Part shown: positions 27,276-36,826 of the stretch, in pieces
Layout of the letters: every line of letters begins with the position of its first letter
Position numbering within the stretch: position 1 is the stretch's first letter
From: an uncultured Thermoplasmata archaeon
GTDB taxonomy: Archaea; Thermoplasmatota; Thermoplasmata; Lutacidiplasmatales; UBA184
NCBI GenBank assembly: GCA_963696985.1
Contig: CAVOMG010000001.1
Location: 372,737-436,736, forward strand
Length of the DNA stretch: 64,000 nucleotides
Direction: 5' to 3'
The notes under the pieces: model-generated
Databases searched by the model: none
Told to the model about the DNA's origin: nothing
Seen by the model: only the letters and a program-made list of their open reading frames with translations
Program-made: the position numbers and the translations under genes

Positions 27276-28148
27276 GTGGAACGACCCCAGGGGTTCGCCG
27301 ACGCGAAGGCGACCTTCGAAGAGGCCCAATTCGTCATCGCGGGGATCCCGTTCGATCGGACGACGTCCTTCCGGCCGGGCGCTCGGTTCGGCCCGGATTC
27401 GATCCGGCAGCACTCCTGGAACTTCGAGTCCTACGATCTCGAGACCGGTGTCGACCTCTCCGAGGTCCCCATCCACGACCTCGGGAACGCCGGGGAGTTC
27501 GGGAACGCCCACGACATGGTCGAGAGCGTCCGCTCGGAGATCCGACCGGTCTATGAGTCCGGGAAGATCCCGATCATCTTCGGCGGGGACCACGCCTGCT
27601 CCCCACCGTGCGTGGAGGCCTACCCGGACCCGAGCTCCGTGGGCGTCCTCTACATCGACGCCCACCTCGACTTCCGCTCGAGCTACCTTGGGGACGCCCG
27701 GAGCCACGCCTGCTCGTCGAGGCGGATCGTCGAGCGGGTCGGAGCCCGCAACGTGGTCGTCCTCGGGGTCCGGTCGGTCTCGCGGGAAGAGGTCGAGGAC
27801 AACAAGTCGATCGGGATGGCGTTCGTCACGGCCCACGAGGTCTTCCGGGAAGGGATCGAGTCGTCGATGCAGAAGGCGCTCAACATGCTGAAATCGGACC
27901 GGATCTACGTCTCGATCGACATCGACGCGATCGACCCGGCCTACGCGGCGGGAACGGGCACCCCGGAACCGTTCGGCCTCACTCCGCGCGACGTGAAGCA
28001 TGCGATCGGGGTCGTCGCCCCACGGCTCGCCGGCCTCGACATCATGGAAGTGAGCCCGATGTACGACCAGGGGAACACCAGTGCGCTCGCGGCCCGACTC
28101 GCCCGGGAGGCGATCGTGCGGGCCGTCGCCACCCACCGCGTAAAATGA
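27276..28148 (+). CDS. speB: Agmatinase (arginase/ureohydrolase family)
   Basis: GIPFDRTTSFRPGARFGP, GGDHAC, YIDAHLDF, SIDIDAIDPAYAAGTGTPEPFGL, DIMEV. These are the complete set of Mn-binding blocks. Confidence 0.85.
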   Translation: MERPQGFADAKATFEEAQFVIAGIPFDRTTSFRPGARFGPDSIRQHSWNFESYDLETGVDLSEVPIHDLGNAGEFGNAHDMVESVRSEIRPVYESGKIPIIFGGDHACSPPCVEAYPDPSSVGVLYIDAHLDFRSSYLGDARSHACSSRRIVERVGARNVVVLGVRSVSREEVEDNKSIGMAFVTAHEVFREGIESSMQKALNMLKSDRIYVSIDIDAIDPAYAAGTGTPEPFGLTPRDVKHAIGVVAPRLAGLDIMEVSPMYDQGNTSALAARLAREAIVRAVATHRVK

Positions 28149-28822
28149 GTCAAGAGGGCACCGCACCAGGATCGGATGGACCGACGGCCGGCCGGGCGGT
28201 CTCCCGGGGCGCCGAGGCGACGCTGCGAGCCGTGGACTGGTGGGGGTTCCCCGCGCTCCAGAAGGAGCGGGATCCCAAAGGGTACCGGGCGAAAGCGCTC
28301 GATGACCGGCTCCGCCGCGAGCGCACGCGCAGCGAGGCCCGCCTCCTGGTCGAGGCTCGCCGCCTCGGGGTTCGGACCCCGATGATCTACGACCTCGACC
28401 TGGTGCGCCACCGCATCGTCCTCGAGGAGCTTTCGGGGCCGACCCTGAAGGTCCTCCTCGAGGAGCACCGGGACTCGGTCGACGCCCTCCGAATACCCGT
28501 GCGATCGTTCGGGCGGGCCCTTGGGGTCCTGCATGCCGGCGGGGTCTCGCACGGCGACCTCACCAGCTCGAACGTGCTCTTCCCGGATGGTCCGGGCGGG
28601 GCGCCGGCGTTCATCGACCTCTCGATGGGTACCAAAGGCGCGAGCCTCGAAGAGCTCGGCATCGACCTCCACCTCGTCGATGAGGACCTCAAGGGCCTGC
28701 ACCCGGAGGGCGCCGCTCTCCTCGACGTGTTCTACGAAGGGTATGACGAGGGAAACCCGTCCGGGGCCGCCCAGGTCCGCGAGCGCGCGAAGGCGATCCG
28801 GGGCCGGATCCGCTACGCCTGA
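28145..28822 (+). CDS. bud32: KEOPS complex kinase Bud32 (Kae1-associated kinase)
   Basis: RGAEATL...KGYRAKALDDRLRRERTRSEARLL...GVRTPMIY...LHAGGVSHGDLTSSNVLF...IDLSMG...EELGIDLHL. The ATG at 28145 overlaps the speB stop (ATGA). Confidence 0.8.
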   Translation: MSQEGTAPGSDGPTAGRAVSRGAEATLRAVDWWGFPALQKERDPKGYRAKALDDRLRRERTRSEARLLVEARRLGVRTPMIYDLDLVRHRIVLEELSGPTLKVLLEEHRDSVDALRIPVRSFGRALGVLHAGGVSHGDLTSSNVLFPDGPGGAPAFIDLSMGTKGASLEELGIDLHLVDEDLKGLHPEGAALLDVFYEGYDEGNPSGAAQVRERAKAIRGRIRYA

Positions 28823-28836
28823 TCGATCGCGGAACC

Positions 28837-30333
28837 CTAAGCGCCGCCCGGGTGTACCCTTCGGAGGCCCTCGAGGAGGGCCCCCGGCAGGGCGTCGATG
28901 ACGTCCGTGGCCATGAGCCCGAATCCCCGGGTCTCCGTGGCCCGGTTCCCGGCCTCGCCCACGAGCCAGCTCGCGAGTCGGCACGCCCCCATCGCCGGAA
29001 CGCCGTCGGCGAGCAGGGCTCCGACCGCTCCGGCGAGGACGTCCCCGACGCCCGAGACCGTCATCGCGAGGGTGTGGTTCGAGTTCACGGCGACGGCCCT
29101 CCCGTCGGAGATCAGGTCCTGAGGACCCTTCGCGAGCAACGTGACGCTCCGGGCGCTCGCGATCTTGCGGACGCTTTCGAGGCGCGCCTCCTCGGGGGCG
29201 TCGGCGTCCCCGCCGAAGACCCGGATGAACTCGCCGGCGTTCGGCGTGGCGACGATATCGTAGCCCCCGTGACGGACGAGCTCGAGCGGGATCGCGTCGA
29301 GCCCGTCGGCGTCGACGACGAGGGGCACGGTCCCGGCGAGCGCCTCGATCAGGAGGCGCAGCGCCTGGATCGTCTCCGGGTGCCGGCCGGCGCCCATCCC
29401 GAGCAGCACGGCCTTGGGCGCGCTCTCGTAGAGCGCCTCCCTAAGCGGCCGGACGTCCCGGGGTCGGAACCGCTCCTCGCCGAAAGAGCGGACCACGAGG
29501 TTCGGGGAGAACGCTTGGACGCGGTCGGACGCGGGCGCTGGAGCGAAGATGGTCGCGCGTTCGGCACCGACGCGCAGCGCCGCCAAGCCCGCGAGGCCCG
29601 GAGCGCCTGAGTATGGCCCACCCCCGATGATCACGATCCTTCCGGAGCGTCCCCGTCGTCCCCGGTCCGCGGGGCTCGGGTAGTAGAGAACGTCCCCGGG
29701 CCCCGTCCCCCGGATGGCGGCGCGCGGGATCCCGATTTCCCGGACCCGGATCTTCCCCGAGTTCGCCGGCAACATGCCGGCCTTCACGGCGGTCAACGCC
29801 ACCGTCCATCTCGGCCGGATCCCTTCGGGATCATGGAGGCCCGTCGGGATATCGACAGATAGGACGGGGACGCCGCTCGCCTGCATCGCCCGGACGGCGT
29901 CGCGGTACGGACCTCGGAGGGGCCCAAGCTGTCCCGAGCCGAGGAGCGCATCGAGGAGCATCACGGCCCGCTTGAGCTCCTCGACGGGCGGGACACCGAC
30001 GGCGACGGGCAATCGCTCGGCGATCCGCTCGTAGCACCGGCGGGCCGGCGCGCTGCGGATCTCCGACGGGGGGAAGAGGAGCCGGACCTCAATGTCGTAC
30101 CCCCACTGCTTGAGGTAATGCGCCGCGGCGGTGCCGTCGCCCCCGTTGTTCCCCGGGCCGGCGACGACGATCACCTTCCCGCTCGGCGGGCCCAGGAGCT
30201 TCTGGGCCTCTTCGGCGACCGCCTTGCCGGCGGTCTCCATCAGTTGGTCGATCGGTACTCCGAGGGCGACGGCGTTCGCCTCGGCGACCGCCATCTCGGT
30301 CGCCGACATCGCGGGGAGGTCGGTGCCGGACAT
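28837..30333 (-). CDS. nnr: Bifunctional NAD(P)H-hydrate repair enzyme Nnr (epimerase + ADP-dependent dehydratase)
   Basis: N-terminal YjeF_N (LMETAGKAVAEE...GPGNNGGDG) and the C-terminal carbohydrate-kinase-like domain (GGGPYSGAPGLAGLAALRVGA...GMGAG...GVGDVLAG). Confidence 0.85.
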   Translation of the reverse strand: MSGTDLPAMSATEMAVAEANAVALGVPIDQLMETAGKAVAEEAQKLLGPPSGKVIVVAGPGNNGGDGTAAAHYLKQWGYDIEVRLLFPPSEIRSAPARRCYERIAERLPVAVGVPPVEELKRAVMLLDALLGSGQLGPLRGPYRDAVRAMQASGVPVLSVDIPTGLHDPEGIRPRWTVALTAVKAGMLPANSGKIRVREIGIPRAAIRGTGPGDVLYYPSPADRGRRGRSGRIVIIGGGPYSGAPGLAGLAALRVGAERATIFAPAPASDRVQAFSPNLVVRSFGEERFRPRDVRPLREALYESAPKAVLLGMGAGRHPETIQALRLLIEALAGTVPLVVDADGLDAIPLELVRHGGYDIVATPNAGEFIRVFGGDADAPEEARLESVRKIASARSVTLLAKGPQDLISDGRAVAVNSNHTLAMTVSGVGDVLAGAVGALLADGVPAMGACRLASWLVGEAGNRATETRGFGLMATDVIDALPGALLEGLRRVHPGGA

Positions 30334-30339
30334 CCCCGA

Positions 30340-30774
30340 CTATGCGGGCGGGGTCGCGGGGGACGGCTCCTCCCCCTCGGAAAAGATGTTGATCGAGGGC
30401 GGTAGAAGACCGCGCCGGGCGAGGTACGTCGCCTGGGTGCGGCTGTATCGGAAGAGGATGTCCGATTTTCCCTCCTGGAACCCCCACGGCCGAAGGATCA
30501 GGAGGTCGCCCTCCCGGATCCACATCTTCTTCTTCATCTTCCCGGTGATCCGACCCATCCGGGAGATCCCGTCCTCGCACATCGCGCGGATGCGTGCGGC
30601 GCCGAGGAGCTGGCTCGCCACCCCGAAGATCTCCCCGCGGCTACGCCGCGGAAGGGGGAGACGGCCGACCTCCTCCCCACCTTCGACGACGACCACCGCT
30701 GGCGCCTCGCCGGGGTCGGTTTCGGCCGGCGGTCCACCCGGTTGTTCTCCGGGGGCCTCCGGCACGTCGGACAC
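30340..30774 (-). CDS. eif1a: Translation initiation factor aIF-1A with an acidic/Pro-rich N-terminal extension
   Basis: GEIFGVASQLLGAARIRAMCEDGISRMGRITGKMKKKMWIREGDLLILRPW...GKSDILFRY. This is the S1-like OB-fold of eIF-1A. Confidence 0.9.
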   Translation of the reverse strand: MSDVPEAPGEQPGGPPAETDPGEAPAVVVVEGGEEVGRLPLPRRSRGEIFGVASQLLGAARIRAMCEDGISRMGRITGKMKKKMWIREGDLLILRPWGFQEGKSDILFRYSRTQATYLARRGLLPPSINIFSEGEEPSPATPPA

Positions 30775-30827
30775 GACCGCACGAATCGGCCGCTCTATAT
30801 CACGTCAAGCCCGAGGACCCCATCGGC

Positions 30828-31682
30828 CTATATCCGGGGGAAGACCTTCTCGGGGTTCTCGGTGAGAATGCGCGCCTTCGCTTCCGCCGAGATCGGTAGG
30901 GCTTGGAAGGCGGCGAGGTTCTGGCCGATGTCCTCCACCCCGGGCCCGGGCCAATCGCTCCCGAAGAGGACCTTCGAGGCGAGCCGCTCGAGCTCCGGGA
31001 AGTACTCGATGAGCCGGTGCGGCGGCGTGCTCGAGATCTCGAGGTAGACGTTCGGGAACCGGCGCGCCAAGAACGCGGCCTCCTTCATCCAGAGGGGACG
31101 GCCACCGTGGGCGAGCACGAGGGTGAGCTGCGGATAGTCGATCGCCACGTCCTCGACGAGCAGCGGTTGGCCGAAGCGGTTTCGCGCTCCCGGGAAGATC
31201 GAAGTGCCGGTGTGGACGACGACCGGGAGGTGGAGTCGCTGGGCGGTCTCGTAGATCTCGGCCAGCGCGGGAAGGGCGCCGAGGTAGTCGTTCGGCGAGA
31301 AGCGCTGGTGGGGCGGATGGAGCTTGAGGCCGCGCAGGCCGCCCCGGACGAGCCGCTCGACCTCGGCGCCCGGGGCCCGGTGCGTCGGGAGCACCCCACC
31401 GACGGCGACCAGGCGCTGGGGGTCGATCCGGGCGTACTCGAGGACGAAATCGTTCGCTCGCTCGGTGTACCCCACGATCTCCGGGGCGACGTAGTTGATC
31501 AGGACCGCCCGATCGATCCCGCACCGGTCGAGATACTCGAGGAACTTCGTCGGCGATCGATCGTAGGCTTCGACCTCGGTGCCCGGCCCCCGGGTCCCGA
31601 GGATCGCCCGGGCCTTCGGGAGCATCTCCCAGACGGGGTTGATGTGCACGTGGCAGTCGGTGATCCCCACCAAACCGGCCAC
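30828..31682 (-). CDS. Amidohydrolase-2 family metal-dependent hydrolase (TIM barrel)
   Basis: ITDCHVHINP, VVHTG, LVLAHGG, FGSDWP. These are the H-x-H ... H ... H ... D metal-ligand pattern. Confidence 0.7.
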   Translation of the reverse strand: MAGLVGITDCHVHINPVWEMLPKARAILGTRGPGTEVEAYDRSPTKFLEYLDRCGIDRAVLINYVAPEIVGYTERANDFVLEYARIDPQRLVAVGGVLPTHRAPGAEVERLVRGGLRGLKLHPPHQRFSPNDYLGALPALAEIYETAQRLHLPVVVHTGTSIFPGARNRFGQPLLVEDVAIDYPQLTLVLAHGGRPLWMKEAAFLARRFPNVYLEISSTPPHRLIEYFPELERLASKVLFGSDWPGPGVEDIGQNLAAFQALPISAEAKARILTENPEKVFPRI

Positions 31683-31802
31683 ACCGAGGTCCTATTTGGG
31701 TCCGCGGCGGCGACCCCCCTTCCCCCGCCGCCCCAACCGGGCCTTGGGGGGTTGGGCCCTCGGAACGAGGTATTATCTGGGTCAGGAAGGGTAGCTCGCG
31801 GG

Positions 31803-32468
31803 ATGGATCCGTCGGCGACCGCGGCCCACCCGAAGTACCTGAAGGCCTCCTACCTAGCGCCCCAGGAGAGCCTCCTCAAAGAGACCCGGGCGACGAAGCT
31901 CTACTATTTTCCCGGACCGATCGTCCTCTTGCTGATCTTCCTGGGCCTCGACTACCTCGCCGAGTCGGTCCGCTCCTCCTCGCTCCCCGCCGTGCCGTGG
32001 CTGACGGGCCACCTCGGGATGCTCCCGACGATCAATGCCTACGCCCCCGGGACCTACCTGCTCGTCTTCTTCCTCTTCCTGACGATCCTCGGGCTCCTGT
32101 GGCTCCTTGTCCGCTACCTCCGGTGGATCACCACCGTCTACGCGGTCTCGAGCGCTCGGGTGATCGTGCAGCGCGGCATCCTCTCGAGGGACTTCGACGA
32201 GATCCCGATCAGCCAGGTGCGCGGGGTCGACGTCCACCAGTCGTTCTTCCAGCGTATGCTCGGCTACGGGACGATCCGGGTCTCGTCCGAGGGCGGGTCC
32301 TCGGTGGGCAACGAGGACTGGAGAGGGATCCCGAAGCCGTTCCAGTTCCAGCGGCTCGTGGAGAGCGCGAGCCAGACCCAACGGTCCGGGGTCCCATGGG
32401 GAGGTTCCCCTCCGACGGCGGCTGCACCTCCGGGGCCCGGGTACCTCCGACCGCCGGGACAGATGTAG
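31803..32468 (+). CDS. Membrane protein with a bacterial PH domain (bPH_2 / YdbS-YdbT-like)
   Basis: Two TM helices, then TTVYAVSSARVIVQRGILSRDFDEIPISQVRGVDVHQSFFQRMLGYGTIRV. The ATG at 31803 is preceded by a GTATTATC TATA-like element about 30 nt upstream. Confidence 0.6.
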   Translation: MDPSATAAHPKYLKASYLAPQESLLKETRATKLYYFPGPIVLLLIFLGLDYLAESVRSSSLPAVPWLTGHLGMLPTINAYAPGTYLLVFFLFLTILGLLWLLVRYLRWITTVYAVSSARVIVQRGILSRDFDEIPISQVRGVDVHQSFFQRMLGYGTIRVSSEGGSSVGNEDWRGIPKPFQFQRLVESASQTQRSGVPWGGSPPTAAAPPGPGYLRPPGQM

Positions 32469-32522
32469 GCGAGCGGCCGGGGCCTCTTTTAACCCGGGGA
32501 CCGTAAACAGGCCCGGTCGGTC

Positions 32523-33824
32523 ATGGCCGAGGACTTCGACGTCATCGTGGTGGGCGCCGGGATGGCCGGGCTCGACCGCGGCGATCCGGATCGCGAAGGG
32601 CGGGGCGAACGTGCTCCTGCTCGAGCGGGGCGCCGAGGCCGGGGTGAAGAACCTCTCGGGCGGGATCCTCTGGGGCGACGACCTGGACCGGGTGCTCCCC
32701 CAATGGCGCGACGAGATGCCCGTCGAGCGCCACATCATTCGGAAACGTTTCGGGATGATGACCGGCGACCGGTCCGTCGCCTTCGAGTACCAGGATGCCG
32801 GCTGGGCAAAGCCGCCGTACGTCGCCCACTCGGTGCTGCGCGCCCGCACCGATGCCTGGCTCGCGAAGCAGGCGGAAGCGGCCGGTGCCTCGGTAGTCAC
32901 GAGCGTCCCGGTCGAGAAGCTGCTCTGGGAGGGATCGCGCGTTCGGGGCATCGTGCAGGGTGGGGAGTCGATGACCGCCCCGGTCACGATCCTCGCCGAC
33001 GGGGCGAACTCCCGTCTCGCCCTCGGGACGCCGATCCGGCCGGCGCCCCGCCTCTCCGGGGAGGCGACCGAACTCGGCATCAAGGAGGTGTTCCGGCTCC
33101 CCGAGGCCCAGATCAACGAACGGTTCAATCTTCGACCGGGCGAAGGGCACGCCGAAGAGTGGGTCCCGGGATTCTTCCCCCCGGTGTGATGGGGGGCGGC
33201 TTCCTCTACACGAATCGCGACACCCTCTCCGTCGGCCTGATCCTCAACATCCAATCGCTCTTCGGCCGGGGCGTCAAGTCCCAGGAGATGATGGAGGCGT
33301 TCAAGCTCCACCCCGCGATCGCTTCGAGGCTCGCGGGAGCCGAGCTCGTCGAGTACGGAGCGAAGCTGATCTCCTCGGGGTGGGCGAGCCGTCCGGCGAG
33401 CTTCTCGGGCCGGGATGGATGGTCATCGGCGACGCCGCGGGGTTCGTCTTCTCGAATGGGATCGTGATCCAGGGAATGAATTACGCCGTACGCTCCGGGC
33501 TCGAGGCGGCCGAGACCGCCCTCGCGGCCAAGGCCCGGGGCGGGGGCGCGGCCTCCGAGCTCGAGCGAGTACGACCGCCGTCTCGGGTCGACGGGGATCC
33601 TCGCGGACTTCCGGGATTTCGCGCGGATGGACCGAGTGAAGTGGAACCCCCGCTTCTACACGGAGTACCCGGCCTTCGCGACGGAGATGCTGGGCCGCAT
33701 GATGACCGAGACCGGCGCCCCCAAGTCCCCCGTTCGCAAGACACTCAAGGCGGCCCAACGGGCGGCGAAGCTCTCCAACTGGAAGCTCCTCACCGATGGC
33801 TACTCCGTCTATCGGAATCTCTGA
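32523..33824 (+). CDS. fixC: Electron-transfer flavoprotein-quinone oxidoreductase FixC, carrying four frame disruptions. A true pseudogene cannot be excluded
   Basis: Segments read in order:
- [13 protein letters not shown] (frame of 32523)
- [18 protein letters not shown]...ILADGANS (frame of 32611)
- [16 protein letters not shown]...VEYGAKLI (frame of 32523)
- [13 protein letters not shown]...GMNYAVRSG (frame of 33380)
- [31 protein letters not shown]...(frame of 33627)
The shifts lie near 32568-32583, 33177-33182, 33374-33384 and 33560-33570. Confidence 0.75.
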
Positions 33825-33839
33825 GGGCCGAGGCCCGGC

Positions 33840-34815
33840 CTACCGGGCGCGGCGCTTGCGGATCTCTTCGGTGAGCGCGGGCACGATCGCGAAGAGGTCG
33901 CCGGCGATCCCGAAGTCGGCCACCCGGAAGATCGGCGCCTGGGGGTCCGAGTTGATCGCCACGATCACGCGCGAGCTCGATCATGCCGGTGAGGTGCTGG
34001 ATCGCTCCCGAGATCCCGACGGCGATGTAGAGCTGCGGGGAGACCGATTGCCCGGTCTGTCCGACCTGGTAGGAGGTTGGCCGCCACCCGGCGTCCGTGA
34101 CCGCCCGCGACGCACCGACGGCCGCCCCGAGCGCTCGCGCCAACTCCTCCACCAGCCGGAAGTTCTCGGCCGTTCGGAGCCCACGGCCGCCGCTGACGAC
34201 GATCGTGGCGGTGGCGAGGCTCGGACCCTGTCCGGCCGAGACCGGCGCCTCGCCGGTGACCTCGCCTGTGGTCACGGCCAAGGGGACGGTAGCGCCCGGC
34301 TGGGTTTCGAACGCCGGGGGTGTCGAGGGGGGAGCGGCGACCGGGAACGCCCGGGGCCGCACCGCAATCACCGCGCGCTTCCCGACGAGACGGAGCTCTT
34401 CGGTCGCCCGGCCCCCGAAGACCGGTCGCACGATCGTCCAGCCGTCCTCCGCGGGACGGAGCTCCGTGACGCCGCTCGAGAGCGCGGCGTCCCAGCGAGC
34501 GGCGAGCCGACCCGCCAGCTCCCGGCCCCGGGCGGTCCCCGCCACAACGACGAGGCCGGCCGACATCGATTGGGCCGTTTCCCCGACCGTCGCCGCGAAT
34601 GCTGCGGTCGACGGCCCCGCGCCCTTCGGGAGATCGACCACCATCAGACGGTCCAAAGCCAACCGGCCCCGCTCGCCGTCGTCGACCGGGCCGGGGGCCA
34701 CTCCGATAAGCGGACCACCGGAGCCTGCCGCGGTTCGGCCCGCTTGGATCGCTTCAAGCGATTCGGGAGGGACCCTCCCGCCTCGCGTTTCGAGGGCGAC
34801 GACGACCGTGCTCAC
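33840..34815 (-). CDS. etfA: Electron transfer flavoprotein alpha subunit, with an apparent 1-nt insertion near 33968-33975
   Basis: VVSGGRGL...[26 protein letters not shown]...[29 protein letters not shown] lies in ORF 33790..34815. The conserved end [36 protein letters not shown] is obtained by my own translation of the neighbouring frame, with its stop at 33840-33842. Confidence 0.85.
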
Positions 34816-35608
34816 GGCAGTACCTTCGCCTCTTCCGAGAGCGCACGCACGAGCTTCTCGGCCGCCTCCTGAGGGGAGGAAGACTCGATCATCTTCGCGC
34901 CGGTCCGGGGCGGGGGAGCCGGAACGCCGTCCCCCGGACCGCCGGGCGGTCGCTCTGGGAAAGGGCGGCTTCGACCTCGGCCGCCGGGATCCGGTCGATC
35001 GGAGCCTTCCGGGACTTGAGGATCATCGGAAGCTTCGCCGTCCTCGGGTCGTTCCAAGCCTGCTGGAGGCCGATGACCACCGGGGGCGGGGCCGAGACGT
35101 TCCGAACGGCCCCTTCGAGGGATTGCTGGAATCGGAAGCGGCCCTCGATGGCCGCCCATCGGAGGTCGGCCACCGATCCGAAGTCCGGCAGCTCGAGGAG
35201 CTCGGCCACGGCCGAGGGCACGGTTCCGGAGCCTTCGTCGAGCGACTGCTTCCCGGCAAGGATCAACCCCGGTGAATGGCGACCGACCGCGAGCGCGAGG
35301 GCCCGGGCGGTCCGGATCGGGTCGTGGGCGGTCCCCGGCGGCGCTTCGACCACCATCCCATGATCAACGCCGAGAGCGAGCGCGGCCCGGACCACCTCTT
35401 CGGCGCGGGCGACCGGGCCGAGGGCGATCGCCCGGACGGTCGTCCCGGGGGCGGCCTCCTTGAGGAGGAGGGCCTGCTCGACGGCCGACTCGTCGTAGCC
35501 CGCAAGGACGAACTTGACGCCGTCCGCGTCGAGCTCGGCGCCGGAGGCATCGGCCCGAAGCCGGGCCTCGGGTTCGGGGACCGGCTTGATCAGGACGACG
35601 ATCTCCAT
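34812..35608 (-). CDS. etfB: Electron transfer flavoprotein beta subunit, with an apparent frame disruption between 34907 and 34936
   Basis: [17 protein letters not shown]...[17 protein letters not shown]...[23 protein letters not shown] lies in ORF 34889..35608. The C-terminal [34 protein letters not shown] lies in the frame of ORF 34812..35159. Its stop overlaps the etfA GTG start (GTGA). Confidence 0.85.
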
Positions 35609-35621
35609 CGGGGGACCCGGA

Positions 35622-36768
35622 TCAGGGGTAGGTCGCGAGGAGCTGGCGGGCGATGACGATCCTCTGGATCTCGTTCGACCCCTCGTAGATCTGCGCGAGC
35701 TTCGCGTCCCGCAGGAGCTTCTCGACCGGGTACTCCTTCATGTAGCCGTACCCACCGAAGATCTGGATCGCCTCGTCGGCGATCCGCATCGCCGCGTCGG
35801 AAGAGAAGCATTTCGCGATCGAGGACTCGAGGCTCCCGCGCTCGCCGCGGTCGATCGTCCACGCCGACCTCCAGGTCAGGAGACGGGCGGCGGCGAGCTC
35901 CATCGCCATGTTCGCGAGCTTGATCTGGATCGCCTGGTGCTCGCCGATCGGCTTGCCGAACGTTTGCCGGGTCTTCGAGTACGCCGCCGCGTGATCGAGG
36001 GCCGCTTGGGCGATCCCCGTGGCGAGCGCTCCGATCGGCGTCCGGGTCTGGTCGAGCGTCCGCATCGCGATCGAGAAGCCCTCCCCCTCGGCCCCCAGCC
36101 GGTCCGAGACCGGCACCCGGGCCTCCTCGAACCGAACCGTGCTCGTCGCCGAGGCCCGGTGGCCCATCTTCTCCTCCTCCTTCCCGGGAATCACCCCGGC
36201 GGTGCCCCGGGGGACGAAGAGCGCCGTGATCCCCTTGTGCTTGAGGGCGGGGTCGGTCGTGGCGAAGACGGTGTAGAGGCTCGCGAACGGGCCGTTCGTG
36301 ATGAAGCACTTCTCACCGGTAAGGACGTAGTGGTCACCTTTGAGGGTCGCCCGGGTCTTCAGCGCGCCGGCGTCGCTCCCCCCGCCGGGTTCGGTGAGGC
36401 AGAAGGAGGCCAGGTGGTACTCCGCGCAGAACGGCGAGAGAACCCGTCGCTTCTGCTCCTCGGTCCCGCCGAGGAGGATCGGTTCGAGCGCGAGGCAGTT
36501 CGCGATGATCGAGGTCGTCATCCCCGCGCACGCCCGCGCGAGCTCCTCGACGATCAGGCACTGCTGGACGAGATTGAGGCCGCTCCCGCCGTACTCGGTC
36601 GGGACGTTCAGGTTCATGAGGCCGAGCTCCCAGGCTTTCCGGTAGATCTCCTCAGGGAACCGGCGGCCCGGTCGCACTCGGCCGCGTGGGGCGCCATCTC
36701 GGTGCGGGCGAACTTCCTCGCGAGGTCCTGCAGGCTCCTCTCGTCCTCCGAGAGCGAGAAATCGGGCA
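35622..36768 (-). CDS. Acyl-CoA dehydrogenase (second copy), with an apparent 1-nt deletion near 36667-36670
   Basis: The body lies in ORF 35622..36794 (FCLTEPGGGSDAG, EKCFITNG, FGKPIGEHQAIQIKLANM, IFGGYGYMKEYPVEKLLRDAKLAQIYEGSNEIQR). The N-terminus MPDFSLSEDERSLQDLARKFARTEMAPHAAECDR lies in the frame of ORF 36614..37276. Confidence 0.85.
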
Positions 36769-36826
36769 TGTTCGCGAACCGGCGACGCGACCATCGGAAT
36801 CCGCTATATCTGGTTTGGGCCGTGCG

